Shown here one piece after another: positions 49,035 through 59,344 of a DNA stretch of 64,000 bases. The stretch lies in NCBI GenBank assembly GCA_042577545.1, contig JBHPDT010000002.1, positions 1,574-65,573 of the forward strand, read 5' to 3'. The notes beneath the pieces are model-generated. The model was not told the origin of the DNA. It searched no databases and saw only the letters and a list, made by a program, of their open reading frames with translations. Made by a program: the position numbers and the translations under genes. Each line of letters begins with the position of its first letter. Within the stretch, counting starts at the first letter, position 1. This DNA is from Candidatus Omnitrophota bacterium. Lineage in GTDB: Bacteria > Omnitrophota > Gorgyraeia > JABMRG01.

Positions 49035-51137
49035 CTACTCATCATATCCAACCTTTACGCTATCCTTACTTCTTCGCTTTATCTCTCCAGCTTCAAATGT
49101 TCTTAAGAAAGCCGCGACTACATATGGATCAAACTGAGATCCGCTATTATTTCTAATCTCATCCTTCGCGACCTCATCCCTAAGGCCCTTACGGTAAGGC
49201 CTGTCTGATGTCATCGCGTCATACGTATCCGCTACCGCGATAATTCGCGACATAAAAGGCACATCGCTCTTCGCCAGACCCTCGGGGTAACCTTTGCCAT
49301 CATATCGTTCATGATGGTGCCTAATAGCGCTTACTATATCCCGCAAACCTTTTATATGAAAGATGATCTCCCCGCCTATTACGGGGTGTTTCTCCATCTC
49401 TCTCTGCTCTTCCTTATCGAGCTTTGAGGGTTTATGCAGCACATCATCCGGTATTCCTATTTTTCCTATATCATGCAATACCGCCGCGATTTGCAATTTC
49501 TGTCTAAACGCGGGTGTCTGCTGCACCTCGGGCATTGGTCCGAAGTTCTTTAATATTGCTAGACTATAATTAGTCACTCTTTCAGAATGACCATGAGTAT
49601 AAGGATCTCTGGCGTCTATAGCAGCGGCAAAAGCAACTGAGGCATGGAGGAAAAGCCTATGCTCTCTCGTGTAAAGAGTCTCTATCTCATTAGCCCTATC
49701 TTCTAGCTCCGCATATAACTGGGAATTCTTTATAGCTATGGCTGCTTCGTCAGCTAGCGCCTTGAAAAAATTAAAATCATCATGCGTAAATAGATCATTT
49801 GATATCTTTCTTCCTAAGACAAGTATGCCTAATAACTGTTCCCTGTAAAAACTGGGGATACAGACATTCGCGTTTAAGACCTCCATGTGCTCTTTAACCT
49901 GAATTAAATCAGAGGTAAGCATGCCCTTGACTGACTCCCCCTTCTTCTCTTTGGCCCATCCAACTATATCACTGAACAGGAGAGGTTCCTTCTTCTCTCT
50001 CAGCCATTCGATAAACGGATCGCTATCCTTAAAAATGAATCCACCGCTCTTAGGACTCTTCTTTCCTCTCGATGCCCTAAGCCTGTATTCCTTGAATTTC
50101 TCATCATATATAATAATAGATACATTATCGAGCTTCATCTTCATTACCACCATGTGCACTATCATCTGAAGAAGCTGCTTTGGATTATGTATTGTTGCCA
50201 TGCCAGCCGCGGCATCCTCAAGCACCTTCTGATACTCATGCCTTCTTCTGAATATACTTTTACCCAATGTAGCAAATATAAACCGTTCTATCGGCCGAAC
50301 GGCAAAGGTTACTATCAACAGCGCCATCGACGGAACCAGCCAGTCATTTTCACCAATATATGGAGTGAGAATCTGCTGCCCAAGCATCATTGCTAGTACA
50401 AAAATTCCTATTGAAAATCCAAATATACCGGCTAATACAGCTGTCTCTCTTATTATAATCTCAACACCCATTAAGCGGTATCGAAGTATGGCATAAATTA
50501 TAACAACATCAAAGACCAAAACAAGGTATAGCCCATATGGATATATGAATGGTACACAAATATTGTAAGTTGTGCAAAATACGCTGGCAAATCCTATAAA
50601 TCCTATCGGCGATGCTATAATTATGTTTCTAAATTGCTTACTGTTATCTCTGCTCTCACGGCAGTATTTAATCAATAGATAGTAAGCATAAAAAAATACA
50701 TTAAAAAAATAGATAATAAAAGCGGGATAAAAAAGCCCGGGCCGGCCCCAATGCGCCGAGTGTCTCTTTATTGATATTGAAGTAAAGAATCCAGAATTCA
50801 GAGTCAAAATAGAAAAAAACAGCGCTCCTAAAACAACTAGCCCTATATATCTTTTTTCCACTTCTTTTAAGCTAATCAGTGATAAGATAAATAGCAGATA
50901 AAGCCCAGGTATAAAAGAGAGGCCTATGTGGGAGAAACGAATCCAAAATAGGCGGGCATCAGAGACCTTAGATATCATAAAAAAGAATATAGCTATCGCC
51001 CAAATGGCGGTAGCTATATTCAAGAGTCCAAAGAAAAGATTAACCTCCGATATCTTGCCTTTTCGAAGAGCAAAGATACCTATAGAGGAGCAGATTAGAA
51101 ATATCAGAAATGGGGCTAACTGATAATTTATTCCCAT
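49035..51137 (-). CDS. 7TM-sensor/GAF/HD-GYP phosphodiesterase
   Basis: DPYTHGHS, HDIGK, HHERYDGKGYP, VADTYDAMTSDRPYR. Confidence 0.9.
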   Translation of the reverse strand: MGINYQLAPFLIFLICSSIGIFALRKGKISEVNLFFGLLNIATAIWAIAIFFFMISKVSDARLFWIRFSHIGLSFIPGLYLLFILSLISLKEVEKRYIGLVVLGALFFSILTLNSGFFTSISIKRHSAHWGRPGLFYPAFIIYFFNVFFYAYYLLIKYCRESRDNSKQFRNIIIASPIGFIGFASVFCTTYNICVPFIYPYGLYLVLVFDVVIIYAILRYRLMGVEIIIRETAVLAGIFGFSIGIFVLAMMLGQQILTPYIGENDWLVPSMALLIVTFAVRPIERFIFATLGKSIFRRRHEYQKVLEDAAAGMATIHNPKQLLQMIVHMVVMKMKLDNVSIIIYDEKFKEYRLRASRGKKSPKSGGFIFKDSDPFIEWLREKKEPLLFSDIVGWAKEKKGESVKGMLTSDLIQVKEHMEVLNANVCIPSFYREQLLGILVLGRKISNDLFTHDDFNFFKALADEAAIAIKNSQLYAELEDRANEIETLYTREHRLFLHASVAFAAAIDARDPYTHGHSERVTNYSLAILKNFGPMPEVQQTPAFRQKLQIAAVLHDIGKIGIPDDVLHKPSKLDKEEQREMEKHPVIGGEIIFHIKGLRDIVSAIRHHHERYDGKGYPEGLAKSDVPFMSRIIAVADTYDAMTSDRPYRKGLRDEVAKDEIRNNSGSQFDPYVVAAFLRTFEAGEIKRRSKDSVKVGYDE

Positions 51138-51158
51138 GATATTTTATACCAGCCTCAG

Positions 51159-52136
51159 TTATTCTATCTCGCCAACAAGTTCCTCAAGAAGGTCTTCCAT
51201 TGTTAAGAAACCTATTGTCTTACTTTTTGAATCCCTTACTATAGCGAGATTCTGCTTTCTCGACTGCAGAAGTAAAAGCGCATCATCTATATCAACATTA
51301 TGATTCAAATACTCAACCGGCCTTAAAAACTCGGTCAGTAATCTATCTTTATCATGCTCATATACTACATCTAGAATATTTACAATGCCAAGGAACTCTC
51401 CGGCCTGGGAACGTATCGGAAACCTCGAAAAACCTGATTCAATTGCTTTTAGAAGCAGTTTATCTATATGGTCTGTGTCCGAGAGATATACTAGCTCTTT
51501 CGAATCCCTCATAACATCTTTGATTTTCTTTCTACCAAAATCAAATATTTTATAAATGACAGAACGTTCATGCGGATCTATCTCGCCCTCTGCTTCGCTC
51601 TCTCTTATCAGATATTTTATCTCCTCCCTTGTCACAAATAGGCTCTTCTTATTCATAATAGAGGTACCAAATATAACCCTTAAGATCAGATTAACAAAGA
51701 TATTTATAAACCAGACGATGGGATAGAAGATATGCCAGAAAAACTTTAGCACAGACCCGAGATAAAAAGTTATCCTGTCAGCGCTTTGGGAAAAGACCGA
51801 TTTTGGAACGAACTCTCCAAAGACAAGAATTATAGGCGCTAACACTAAAGTGGTAATCCATCCGGAATTTAGGCCATAAGCGCCATAAAGAAGCTTAGTG
51901 CAAAAAGATGACGCCACGACTACAGCGACATTGGTACCAACAAGAGTAGTACCAAGCATCCTGTTTGGGTTCTTAAGCATCTTGTTGATTATTATAGCTT
52001 TTTTATGTTTTGCCTCAGCGAGAATCCTCAACCTGATCCTATTTAGAGATATTACCGCAATCTCAGCGCCGGAGAAAAATCCTTCAAAGAGAATCGCGAC
52101 AAATATTATCACTAGATATATAAAAGTTTCACTCAT
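51159..52136 (-). CDS. CNNM (DUF21)-CBS protein without the CorC C-domain
   Basis: FFSGAEIA, LVGTN, FGEFVPK, SRFP, TMEDLLEELVG at the C-terminus. Confidence 0.85.
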   Translation of the reverse strand: MSETFIYLVIIFVAILFEGFFSGAEIAVISLNRIRLRILAEAKHKKAIIINKMLKNPNRMLGTTLVGTNVAVVVASSFCTKLLYGAYGLNSGWITTLVLAPIILVFGEFVPKSVFSQSADRITFYLGSVLKFFWHIFYPIVWFINIFVNLILRVIFGTSIMNKKSLFVTREEIKYLIRESEAEGEIDPHERSVIYKIFDFGRKKIKDVMRDSKELVYLSDTDHIDKLLLKAIESGFSRFPIRSQAGEFLGIVNILDVVYEHDKDRLLTEFLRPVEYLNHNVDIDDALLLLQSRKQNLAIVRDSKSKTIGFLTMEDLLEELVGEIE

Positions 52137-52160
52137 AATAGATTTACCTTAAAAAAATAA

Positions 52161-53387
52161 TCAATGATTAGGTGAGACAAATACAGAAACCTTCATCACC
52201 ATATTATTCTTCACCTCAACAACCCTAAATATGACTCCCTTAAATCTTATTCTCTCACCTGATTTTGGTACCCTCCCAAAAAGCAATAGTAGCAGACCAT
52301 TTATTGTTGTCACCTCTTCCATCGGTAGATTGAGATTGAGCTCCTCGTTAACATCCCTTATAGACGTCTTGCCAACTACCGTATAGGAGTTATCCTTCTC
52401 TCGGCTTATAGGCACGATCTCCTTATCATACTCATCTGTTATTTCGCCAACTATCTCCTCAAGCACGTCCTCAAGAGTTACCAGCCCTGAGGTACCGCCA
52501 AACTCATCGAGCACCACAGCTATATAAACCTTTTGCGAGAGAAACTTCAGTAAGAGATTATCCATCCTCTCTGTCTCAGGCACATATAAGGGTTTCTTTA
52601 TAAATTTCGTAAAATCATCCTTGGCTTTTAACATAAACTCTATCGTATAAACAATACCGACTATACTATCTATTGTCTCCTCAAAGATCGGAATCTTCGT
52701 ATGCTTGGACTCCTTCATTATCTCCTTTAACTCCGAAATTGAGGCGGTCTTTTCGCACCCTATTATATCCACCCGAGGGGTCATAATCTCATCAACGCTG
52801 CGCTCGCCGAGGTTGAACAGTGAGTGGATCATCTCTTCCTCTTCTCTCTCTATAATACCCTCTTTTTTGCTTATAGTCATAAGCGCCTTTAACTCCTTCT
52901 GAGTTATATAGGGCTTAGTATCCTTTCTTATAACAAAGAATGAGATGAATATATCTGATACCAATCGGAGAATTCTTCTCAATGGCCATATAATTTTGCC
53001 GAAGATATGCAGGGGTTTAGAACAAAGGGAAGAAAACCCTTCAGGATCTCTTATGGCATATGTCTTTGGAGTAACCTCTCCAAAAACCAACACAATGAAT
53101 GTCATAAGCACTATAGCGATCCCTACGCCTTTTTCACCAAATAAGGCTAAGGCGATTATAGTTAGAACACTGGTAGCTGTAATATTAACCAGCATATTAC
53201 CAATCAATATTGTGGCAAGAGTCCGACGAGGTGATTCCAATAAAATTGAGATTATTTTACTTCTGGCAGGGTTTTTTGATTGGAGCCTCTTCTTCTGAAA
53301 ACCGGTCAACGAAAACAGCGCAGTCTCAGAACCTGAAAAAAAAGCTGATAATCCTATTAAGACTAAGAATGTAAGAATATGAAGCAT
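52161..53387 (-). CDS. CNNM-CBS-CorC (TlyC/hemolysin family) protein
   Basis: FFSGSETA, FGEVTPK, MTPR, DEFGGTSGLVTLEDVLEEIVGEI. Confidence 0.88.
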   Translation of the reverse strand: MLHILTFLVLIGLSAFFSGSETALFSLTGFQKKRLQSKNPARSKIISILLESPRRTLATILIGNMLVNITATSVLTIIALALFGEKGVGIAIVLMTFIVLVFGEVTPKTYAIRDPEGFSSLCSKPLHIFGKIIWPLRRILRLVSDIFISFFVIRKDTKPYITQKELKALMTISKKEGIIEREEEEMIHSLFNLGERSVDEIMTPRVDIIGCEKTASISELKEIMKESKHTKIPIFEETIDSIVGIVYTIEFMLKAKDDFTKFIKKPLYVPETERMDNLLLKFLSQKVYIAVVLDEFGGTSGLVTLEDVLEEIVGEITDEYDKEIVPISREKDNSYTVVGKTSIRDVNEELNLNLPMEEVTTINGLLLLLFGRVPKSGERIRFKGVIFRVVEVKNNMVMKVSVFVSPNH

Positions 53388-53391
53388 AAAG

Positions 53392-54333
53392 TTATAGCCA
53401 TTTTCTCCGTTTAAAATAAGTCAACATAATAACCGCGATAAAAATCATAATACCGATTACCGCTGGATAACCATACCTGCTAGAAAGCTCAGGCATATAT
53501 TTAAAATTCATACCATAAATGCTGGCTATTAAAGTCAATGTCTTCATAATCTCATTTGAACGATTCGATATAACAGATACATATACTTCCAAAGCGCTTG
53601 TTATAGTATCACGCGCTGTGGCGATAACATCATTAAGCCTGACAAGGTTATCATATACATTTCTAAAATAAGCTAAATTTGACTGAGTTATAAGTTCAAA
53701 ACCTCCTCTAAGAATAAGGTTAATTATATCAGCCTGCGGAGCGACAGTTCGACGCAGAAACATTATCTCATTCTTTAAATTATATATCTTATTCAAGGTC
53801 TCCTGAGTAGGCTCTTTAAAGAGTTCGTCACTCATATCATCGCCTCTATCGTCAAACATGCTGATAATTGGAAAATAATTATCAACTACAGCGTCAACAA
53901 CGGAACAGAGCAAGAAGTCTGGGCCATTAGTAATAACCGGTGACTTCTTCTGCGCCTTGTCTTTTGTATCGTTAACTGATTTCATGTCATCGCGATGGAC
54001 CGTTATAAGATAATTGTGGCCCAAACAACAGTCTAACTCAACCGTCTTTAACTCCTCCTCTTCACCCGGATCCAACTCAATAGCGTAGGCTATCATAAAA
54101 AGATAGTTGTCAAACTTCTCCAGTTTTGGCCTGGCATTTGGCATTATACAATCCTCTATTGTCAGCGGATGAAGCTTAAAAATACTTGTCAGAAGCTCTA
54201 TATTCTCGTCATCCGCCTCTTTCATATCCACCCAAAGAAGAGAGTGCCTGTCTTTCAGCGCGTCCTCTATCTCTTGCCGGTTAAGACCTGTCTTTATAGA
54301 TTTATCTTTTTTGTATAAAATTGTCTCATACAT
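53392..54333 (-). CDS. corA: Mg/Co transporter CorA, apparently with a shortened first TM helix
   Basis: LHPLTIED, RPKLE, NEIMKTLT, YGMNF, MPEL, KRRKWL. Confidence 0.88.
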   Translation of the reverse strand: MYETILYKKDKSIKTGLNRQEIEDALKDRHSLLWVDMKEADDENIELLTSIFKLHPLTIEDCIMPNARPKLEKFDNYLFMIAYAIELDPGEEEELKTVELDCCLGHNYLITVHRDDMKSVNDTKDKAQKKSPVITNGPDFLLCSVVDAVVDNYFPIISMFDDRGDDMSDELFKEPTQETLNKIYNLKNEIMFLRRTVAPQADIINLILRGGFELITQSNLAYFRNVYDNLVRLNDVIATARDTITSALEVYVSVISNRSNEIMKTLTLIASIYGMNFKYMPELSSRYGYPAVIGIMIFIAVIMLTYFKRRKWL

Positions 54334-54345
54334 ATCATCACCTAT

Positions 54346-54915
54346 CTATTTGTAAAGGTTTTTGTTTCTTATATAATCTTCAACGCCTTGAGGCAGCAAC
54401 CCGTTTACACTATCTCCATTTTCTATCTTCACCCTTATCTCTGATGACGCTATATCGAGTGACTCAATATTGAGCTCACTTACATTAAAACGATCTTTCT
54501 TTAATTCATAGCCTGGTCTATGAGCAACAACAAACTGACATAACGTTGCAAGCCTGTCTATAGACTTCCATGCGCTTAATTCACAAAGCGAATCTGAACC
54601 TATCAAAAAGAATATGTCAGCATCCTCAGATAATGAATTCTTAAAATACTCGACCGTCTTTATCGCGTAAGAAGGCCCTGTCTCATCTATCTCAAAACGT
54701 GATATCTCAAACTCAGGCTTACCCTCGATCGCCAGCCTAATCATATTTAGTCGATGTTGGGGATCGATGAGTTTATCCGTTGGCTTATGGACAGATATAA
54801 AGGTCGGAATAAATACAACCTTATCTAGGATAAGCTGCGTAAACGCCCCTTGGGCGATATTAAGATGCCCATTATGGATAGGATTAAACGCTCCGCCTAA
54901 GAGTCCTATCCGCAT
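54346..54915 (-). CDS. nadD: Nicotinate-nucleotide adenylyltransferase
   Basis: GGAFNPIHNGH, IGSD, W, IASSEIR. Confidence 0.93.
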   Translation of the reverse strand: MRIGLLGGAFNPIHNGHLNIAQGAFTQLILDKVVFIPTFISVHKPTDKLIDPQHRLNMIRLAIEGKPEFEISRFEIDETGPSYAIKTVEYFKNSLSEDADIFFLIGSDSLCELSAWKSIDRLATLCQFVVAHRPGYELKKDRFNVSELNIESLDIASSEIRVKIENGDSVNGLLPQGVEDYIRNKNLYK

Positions 54916-54917
54916 TA

Positions 54918-56174
54918 TTATTTCCTTGTCTGGCCGTCGCCAAGAATAATATACTTGTAAGTTGTCAATTCCTCCAGCGCCATAGGTCCTCGCGCATGAA
55001 GCTTGTCTGTACTTATGCCAATCTCAGCGCCAAAACCAAACTCAAACCCATCAGTAAACCGGGTGGAGACATTACTATAAACACATGATGAGTCTACCTC
55101 TTTTAAGAAGCGTAATGCGATCTTAAAATCTTCAGTAACGATAGAGTCGGAATGGCTTGATCCATACTTTGTTATATGAGATATGGCACCGTCAACACCG
55201 TTAACAACCTTAACCGATAGAATAAGATCCAGATACTCCTCGTACCAATCAGATTCTTTAGCTCTGGTGAGACCATCTACTATACGTCTTGTGATATCAC
55301 ATCCTCGTATCTCTACGCCCTCTTCTTTAAGCTTTTCAATAACCGTAGGCAAAAACTCCCCAGCTATCTTCTTATCAACAAGAAGCGTCTCCATCGCATT
55401 GCAGACCCCGGGTCTTTGCACCTTGGCATTTATGCATATATCAAGAGCCTTTTTCTGGTCAGCCTTCGAATCTATATAAGTATGACATACGCCCTTATAA
55501 TGCTTAATAACAGGTATCCTAGACTTATTGGCAACAGCCCTTATCAGACTCTCTCCACCCCTTGGAATGATAAGATCCACATACTTATCCATCTCAAGCA
55601 ACCGAGAAACGGCCTTCCTATCAGTCGAATCGATCATGCAAATGGAGCTCTCAGGTAAACCGCTCTTCTTAAGAGCCTGGCGAAGTATATTATAAATAGC
55701 CATATTAGAATTAATAGACTCTTTGCCACCCTTTAATATAACCGCGTTGCCGCTCTTTAGACAAAGGCTGGCGCAATCAGCAGTAACATTAGGTCTAGAC
55801 TCATATATAATCCCTATGAGGCCCATCGCTACCTTCATTTTACCTATTATTAAACCATTAGGTCTATTCCACATCTTCTCTATCACACCGCAAGGATCGG
55901 ATAATTTGGCCACCTCTTCTATCGATTTAGCCATGCCCTCTATACGCTTATTATCCAATTTTAAGCGGTCTATAAGCGCCCCAGATAATCCTAGGGATTT
56001 TGCTTTAAGAAGATCTCTCTTATTAGCCTTTATTATCGCGCTCGATCCCACTCTAAGGCCCTTTGCCATAAGAATAAGCGCCTTATTCTTGGCCAGCGTA
56101 GATGTCTTTGCCAATATACGGGATGCTTCTTTAGCGCTCTTTACCAAGTTTTCAATTTTCTTATTTAGATCCAC
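54918..56174 (-). CDS. proA: Gamma-glutamyl phosphate reductase
   Basis: YESRPNV, IPRGG, VCNAMET, STRFTDG, GISTDKLHARGP. Confidence 0.96.
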   Translation of the reverse strand: MDLNKKIENLVKSAKEASRILAKTSTLAKNKALILMAKGLRVGSSAIIKANKRDLLKAKSLGLSGALIDRLKLDNKRIEGMAKSIEEVAKLSDPCGVIEKMWNRPNGLIIGKMKVAMGLIGIIYESRPNVTADCASLCLKSGNAVILKGGKESINSNMAIYNILRQALKKSGLPESSICMIDSTDRKAVSRLLEMDKYVDLIIPRGGESLIRAVANKSRIPVIKHYKGVCHTYIDSKADQKKALDICINAKVQRPGVCNAMETLLVDKKIAGEFLPTVIEKLKEEGVEIRGCDITRRIVDGLTRAKESDWYEEYLDLILSVKVVNGVDGAISHITKYGSSHSDSIVTEDFKIALRFLKEVDSSCVYSNVSTRFTDGFEFGFGAEIGISTDKLHARGPMALEELTTYKYIILGDGQTRK

Positions 56175-56257
56175 CCCGTTAGACTCCTTTTCTTCTTATG
56201 CACATATAACACAATAAATATGTATTAAATCCCATTATACTCCAATAAATAGTAAGT

Positions 56258-57367
56258 CTAACGGGGCCTCAATATGACAAGATTATCTCTGTGCACAACC
56301 TCATCCTTAGACATTTTGCGTAATATTTTTTTCTCGATTTCACAAGTCTTCAATCCCTTTACGCAATTTAGCTCATCCGAAGAAAAACTTACCTCTCCTT
56401 TTGCAAATTCCTTGCCATTTGAATCAATAATGCTTACAAAATCGCCTGCCTGAAATTTTCCCAAAATATTTGTTATGCCAGCCGCAAGCAAACTCTTGCC
56501 ACGATCAACCAGGGCGGCTTTCGCTCCATCGTCGACGCGTATAGTTCCCTTGGATTTAGGGGCAGAGGCAAGCCAACTTTTCTTTGTCTGAGTCCTGCCA
56601 ACATAGCTAGGCAAAAAAGTGGTTCCTACTCCATCTCCCCTTATTATCTTTAATAGAACATCTTTTTCTCTTCCCTTGGCTATGGTACAAGTTATTCCAA
56701 GTAATTTTGCTATATTTGCCGCTACAATTTTACTCATCATGCCACCAGCGCCAAGTTTGCTTTTAGATCCCTTAACGATCTTCTTGATCTCATCTTCTTT
56801 CACATATTCAAAATAACCTATAACTTTATTGCTCACAGGCGAATAAACCCCGTCAACATCAGTTAAAATTATAAGCCTTTGCGCGCCTACAAGATCCGCA
56901 ACCATGTGCGATATATTGTCATTATCGGAATATTTAAGTTCTTCGGTTGCTGTAGTATCGTTTTCATTGATTATAGGAATAGCTTTAAACTTGTTCATAA
57001 TACACTTTATGGTCTCATGAGCATTGATACATCTCGCGCGATTCCCCAGATCATCGGAGGTCAACAAAACCTGAGCAGCGTGATATCCATGCGCCTTGAA
57101 ATTTTCCTCATACAGACGCATAAGTTTTCCCTGACCCACAGCAGCAATAGCTTGAAGCTTATTTATCGCCTGAGGACGTTGAGATAAACCTAATACCTGC
57201 ATACCAGCGCCGATAGCGCCTGATGATACGAGTATTACCTTGTAACCGCTGTCTCTCAATGCGCATATCTGCGCACTCAGCGACTTAATATACCCTGCGT
57301 CAAGCTTGCCTGATTCACCAGCCAGGACCGCAGTACCGACCTTTACAACTATTATGCCTTTATCCAT
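56258..57367 (-). CDS. proB: Glutamate 5-kinase with PUA domain
   Basis: VVKVGT, VSSGAI, INEND, DND, GGMMSK, VVHRDN; start MDKGII. Confidence 0.94.
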   Translation of the reverse strand: MDKGIIVVKVGTAVLAGESGKLDAGYIKSLSAQICALRDSGYKVILVSSGAIGAGMQVLGLSQRPQAINKLQAIAAVGQGKLMRLYEENFKAHGYHAAQVLLTSDDLGNRARCINAHETIKCIMNKFKAIPIINENDTTATEELKYSDNDNISHMVADLVGAQRLIILTDVDGVYSPVSNKVIGYFEYVKEDEIKKIVKGSKSKLGAGGMMSKIVAANIAKLLGITCTIAKGREKDVLLKIIRGDGVGTTFLPSYVGRTQTKKSWLASAPKSKGTIRVDDGAKAALVDRGKSLLAAGITNILGKFQAGDFVSIIDSNGKEFAKGEVSFSSDELNCVKGLKTCEIEKKILRKMSKDEVVHRDNLVILRPR

Positions 57368-57406
57368 CTCATATCCCCTAAAAATTACCTTCGGGGACAT
57401 TCCCAG

Positions 57407-57473
57407 AAAAAAGGGGACGGTTCTGTTTTTACCGATACCTAAAAAGGGGAAAAACAGAACCGTCCCCTTTTTT
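57407..57473. repeat. Long palindrome, possibly a bidirectional terminator
   Basis: AAAAAAGGGGACGGTTCTGTTTTT...AAAAACAGAACCGTCCCCTTTTTT. Confidence 0.7.
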
Positions 57474-57482
57474 CTGCTGTCC

Positions 57483-58436
57483 CTAAACGTTTTTTGCCAA
57501 TTTCTTAACTAACTCCTCAGTTCCCAGCCCATCCTTGGCCGAGATTCCAATAATATCTTTATTGAGCCGCTTCTTTAAGATCCTCAAATTTTCTTTGGCG
57601 CCCTCAATGTCTATCTTACTTCCTGCTATAATCTGTTCCTTGCGAGAAAAATCTTTGCTATACATATTGAGCTCTCTATTAAGCATCTCATAATCTGAAA
57701 CTATCTCATCTATATCACTCTTTGAGATGTCTATAAGATGGAGATAAAACTTTGTTCTCTCAGCATGCCGTAAAAACTTATGGCCCAGCCCCTTGCCCTG
57801 ATGGGAATTCTCAATAAGTCCAGGTATTTCACAGACCTTAAATGTGATATCATCATACTCAACCACACCAAGAGCTGGGTTCTTTGTCGTAAATGGAAAA
57901 GACGCTATTCTGGGATGAGCCTTAGATATACAAGAAAGAAGTGTTGACTTGCCGGCATTAGGAAGACCTATAATTCCAATATCAGCGATAAGCTTAAGCT
58001 CAAGAAAAAGATTTATACTCTCACCCTCTTGGGGTAGAGTAGCAAGCTTCCGGCTTCTGTTTCCCTTACCGCCCCCGCCTCCCTTGGCAACTAAGAATTC
58101 ATCACCCTCTGATACTAAATCTTTTAAAAGTCGCTTCTTCTCATTTTCAAAAATTAAGGTGCCAGCTGGAACCTTAATTATAAGGTCGTCGCCATCGCGA
58201 CCTCTCTTCTGTTTGCTACTGCCATTACCGCCTTTTTTCGCCTTAAATATTTGGCGGTATCTAAAATCAAGAAGGGTGTGCACGCCAGTGCTCACCCTTA
58301 AAATAACATCGCCACCATTACCGCCATCGCCGCCATCCGGAGTACCTTTTCTGTTCCACTTATCACGATAGAGGCTATTGCAACCCTGGCCCCCATCTCC
58401 GGCTTTAACATTAATCTTTGCGGTATCAATAAACAT
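57483..58436 (-). CDS. obgE: GTPase Obg (no C-terminal extension)
   Basis: MFID..AGDGG, GGDGGNGG, GLPNAGKST, FPFTT, GLGHKFLRHAER. Confidence 0.95.
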   Translation of the reverse strand: MFIDTAKINVKAGDGGQGCNSLYRDKWNRKGTPDGGDGGNGGDVILRVSTGVHTLLDFRYRQIFKAKKGGNGSSKQKRGRDGDDLIIKVPAGTLIFENEKKRLLKDLVSEGDEFLVAKGGGGGKGNRSRKLATLPQEGESINLFLELKLIADIGIIGLPNAGKSTLLSCISKAHPRIASFPFTTKNPALGVVEYDDITFKVCEIPGLIENSHQGKGLGHKFLRHAERTKFYLHLIDISKSDIDEIVSDYEMLNRELNMYSKDFSRKEQIIAGSKIDIEGAKENLRILKKRLNKDIIGISAKDGLGTEELVKKLAKNV

Positions 58437-58447
58437 AAGATACCTAT

Positions 58448-58687
58448 CTATGCGCTTAACACATCTACCTTCTTTGTGCCAAACTTTACAATACCGCTAA
58501 TCTTCGCAAATAGCGTATAATCTCTTCCCATGCCCACGTTGATTCCAGGCTTAAATTTTGTGCCTTTTTGACGAATTATTATGCCGCCGGCCTTAATAAT
58601 TTGTCCACCAAATTTCTTAACCCCAAGCCGCTGGGCATTGCTATCTCTACCATTACGACTGGAGCCTTGTGATTTTGTATGTGCCAT
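58448..58687 (-). CDS. rpmA: 50S ribosomal protein L27
   Basis: [21 protein letters not shown]. Confidence 0.97.
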   Translation of the reverse strand: MAHTKSQGSSRNGRDSNAQRLGVKKFGGQIIKAGGIIIRQKGTKFKPGINVGMGRDYTLFAKISGIVKFGTKKVDVLSA

Positions 58688-58766
58688 TGTAAACCTCGTT
58701 TTTTTGTTATTTTATTTGCAATTTGCCATATGCTATTTGCAATTTACCCTACTTTTATATCCTTTC

Positions 58767-58857
58767 AATGAGGTCACAACTTATGGAACGAAGTGACGTA
58801 AGTTGTATGACCGAATTGATCCCCCCTGCTTTGATTTTGAAAAAATCAAGGGGGGAT
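58767..58857. repeat. Composite palindromic element between rplU and rpmA
   Basis: Inverted relative of 10546-10640. Confidence 0.75.
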
Positions 58858-58860
58858 ATA

Positions 58861-59169
58861 TTACCCAACTTTTATATCCTTAACTTTTATACGCGTAAGC
58901 ATATCTCGGTGCCCTATCTTCCTGTGATAGCTTTTTCTTCTCTTAAACTTAAACGCTATCTTCTTCTCACCTTTAAGCTCACCGACTATATCGCAGACTA
59001 CTTTAGCATTCTTTACATACGGAGTTCCGATATTCACATCCTTACCTGAAGAGGTAACTAGAACCTTATCAACTGAAAATTCTTTCTTCTTATCTATTCT
59101 GGGTATATCGAATACATCGCCGACCTTAACTTCGTACTGTTTTGACGCAAGTTCAATTATAGCAAACAC
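58861..59169 (-). CDS. rplU: 50S ribosomal protein L21
   Basis: MFAIIE..KQY, IGTPYV, KRRKSY..KIGHR. Confidence 0.96.
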   Translation of the reverse strand: MFAIIELASKQYEVKVGDVFDIPRIDKKKEFSVDKVLVTSSGKDVNIGTPYVKNAKVVCDIVGELKGEKKIAFKFKRRKSYHRKIGHRDMLTRIKVKDIKVG

Positions 59170-59255
59170 TTGATCTCACTCCTCTCATTAATTTTAAGTC
59201 CCTAAGTATATCATATATAGATATATATGGCAAGGAAAAAAACACTTGAAAAATA

Positions 59256-59340
59256 AGTAACCAGTTGCCAGTTGCCAGAAACCAGAAAAAACGTGTATTT
59301 AAACTAATCTGGTTACTGGTTACAGGTTTCTGGTTACTTA
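59256..59340. repeat. Inverted heptamer array
   Basis: AGTAACCAGTTGCCAGTTGCCAGAAACCAG ... CTGGTTACTGGTTACAGGTTTCTGGTTACT. Confidence 0.75.
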
Positions 59341-59344
59341 GTAT

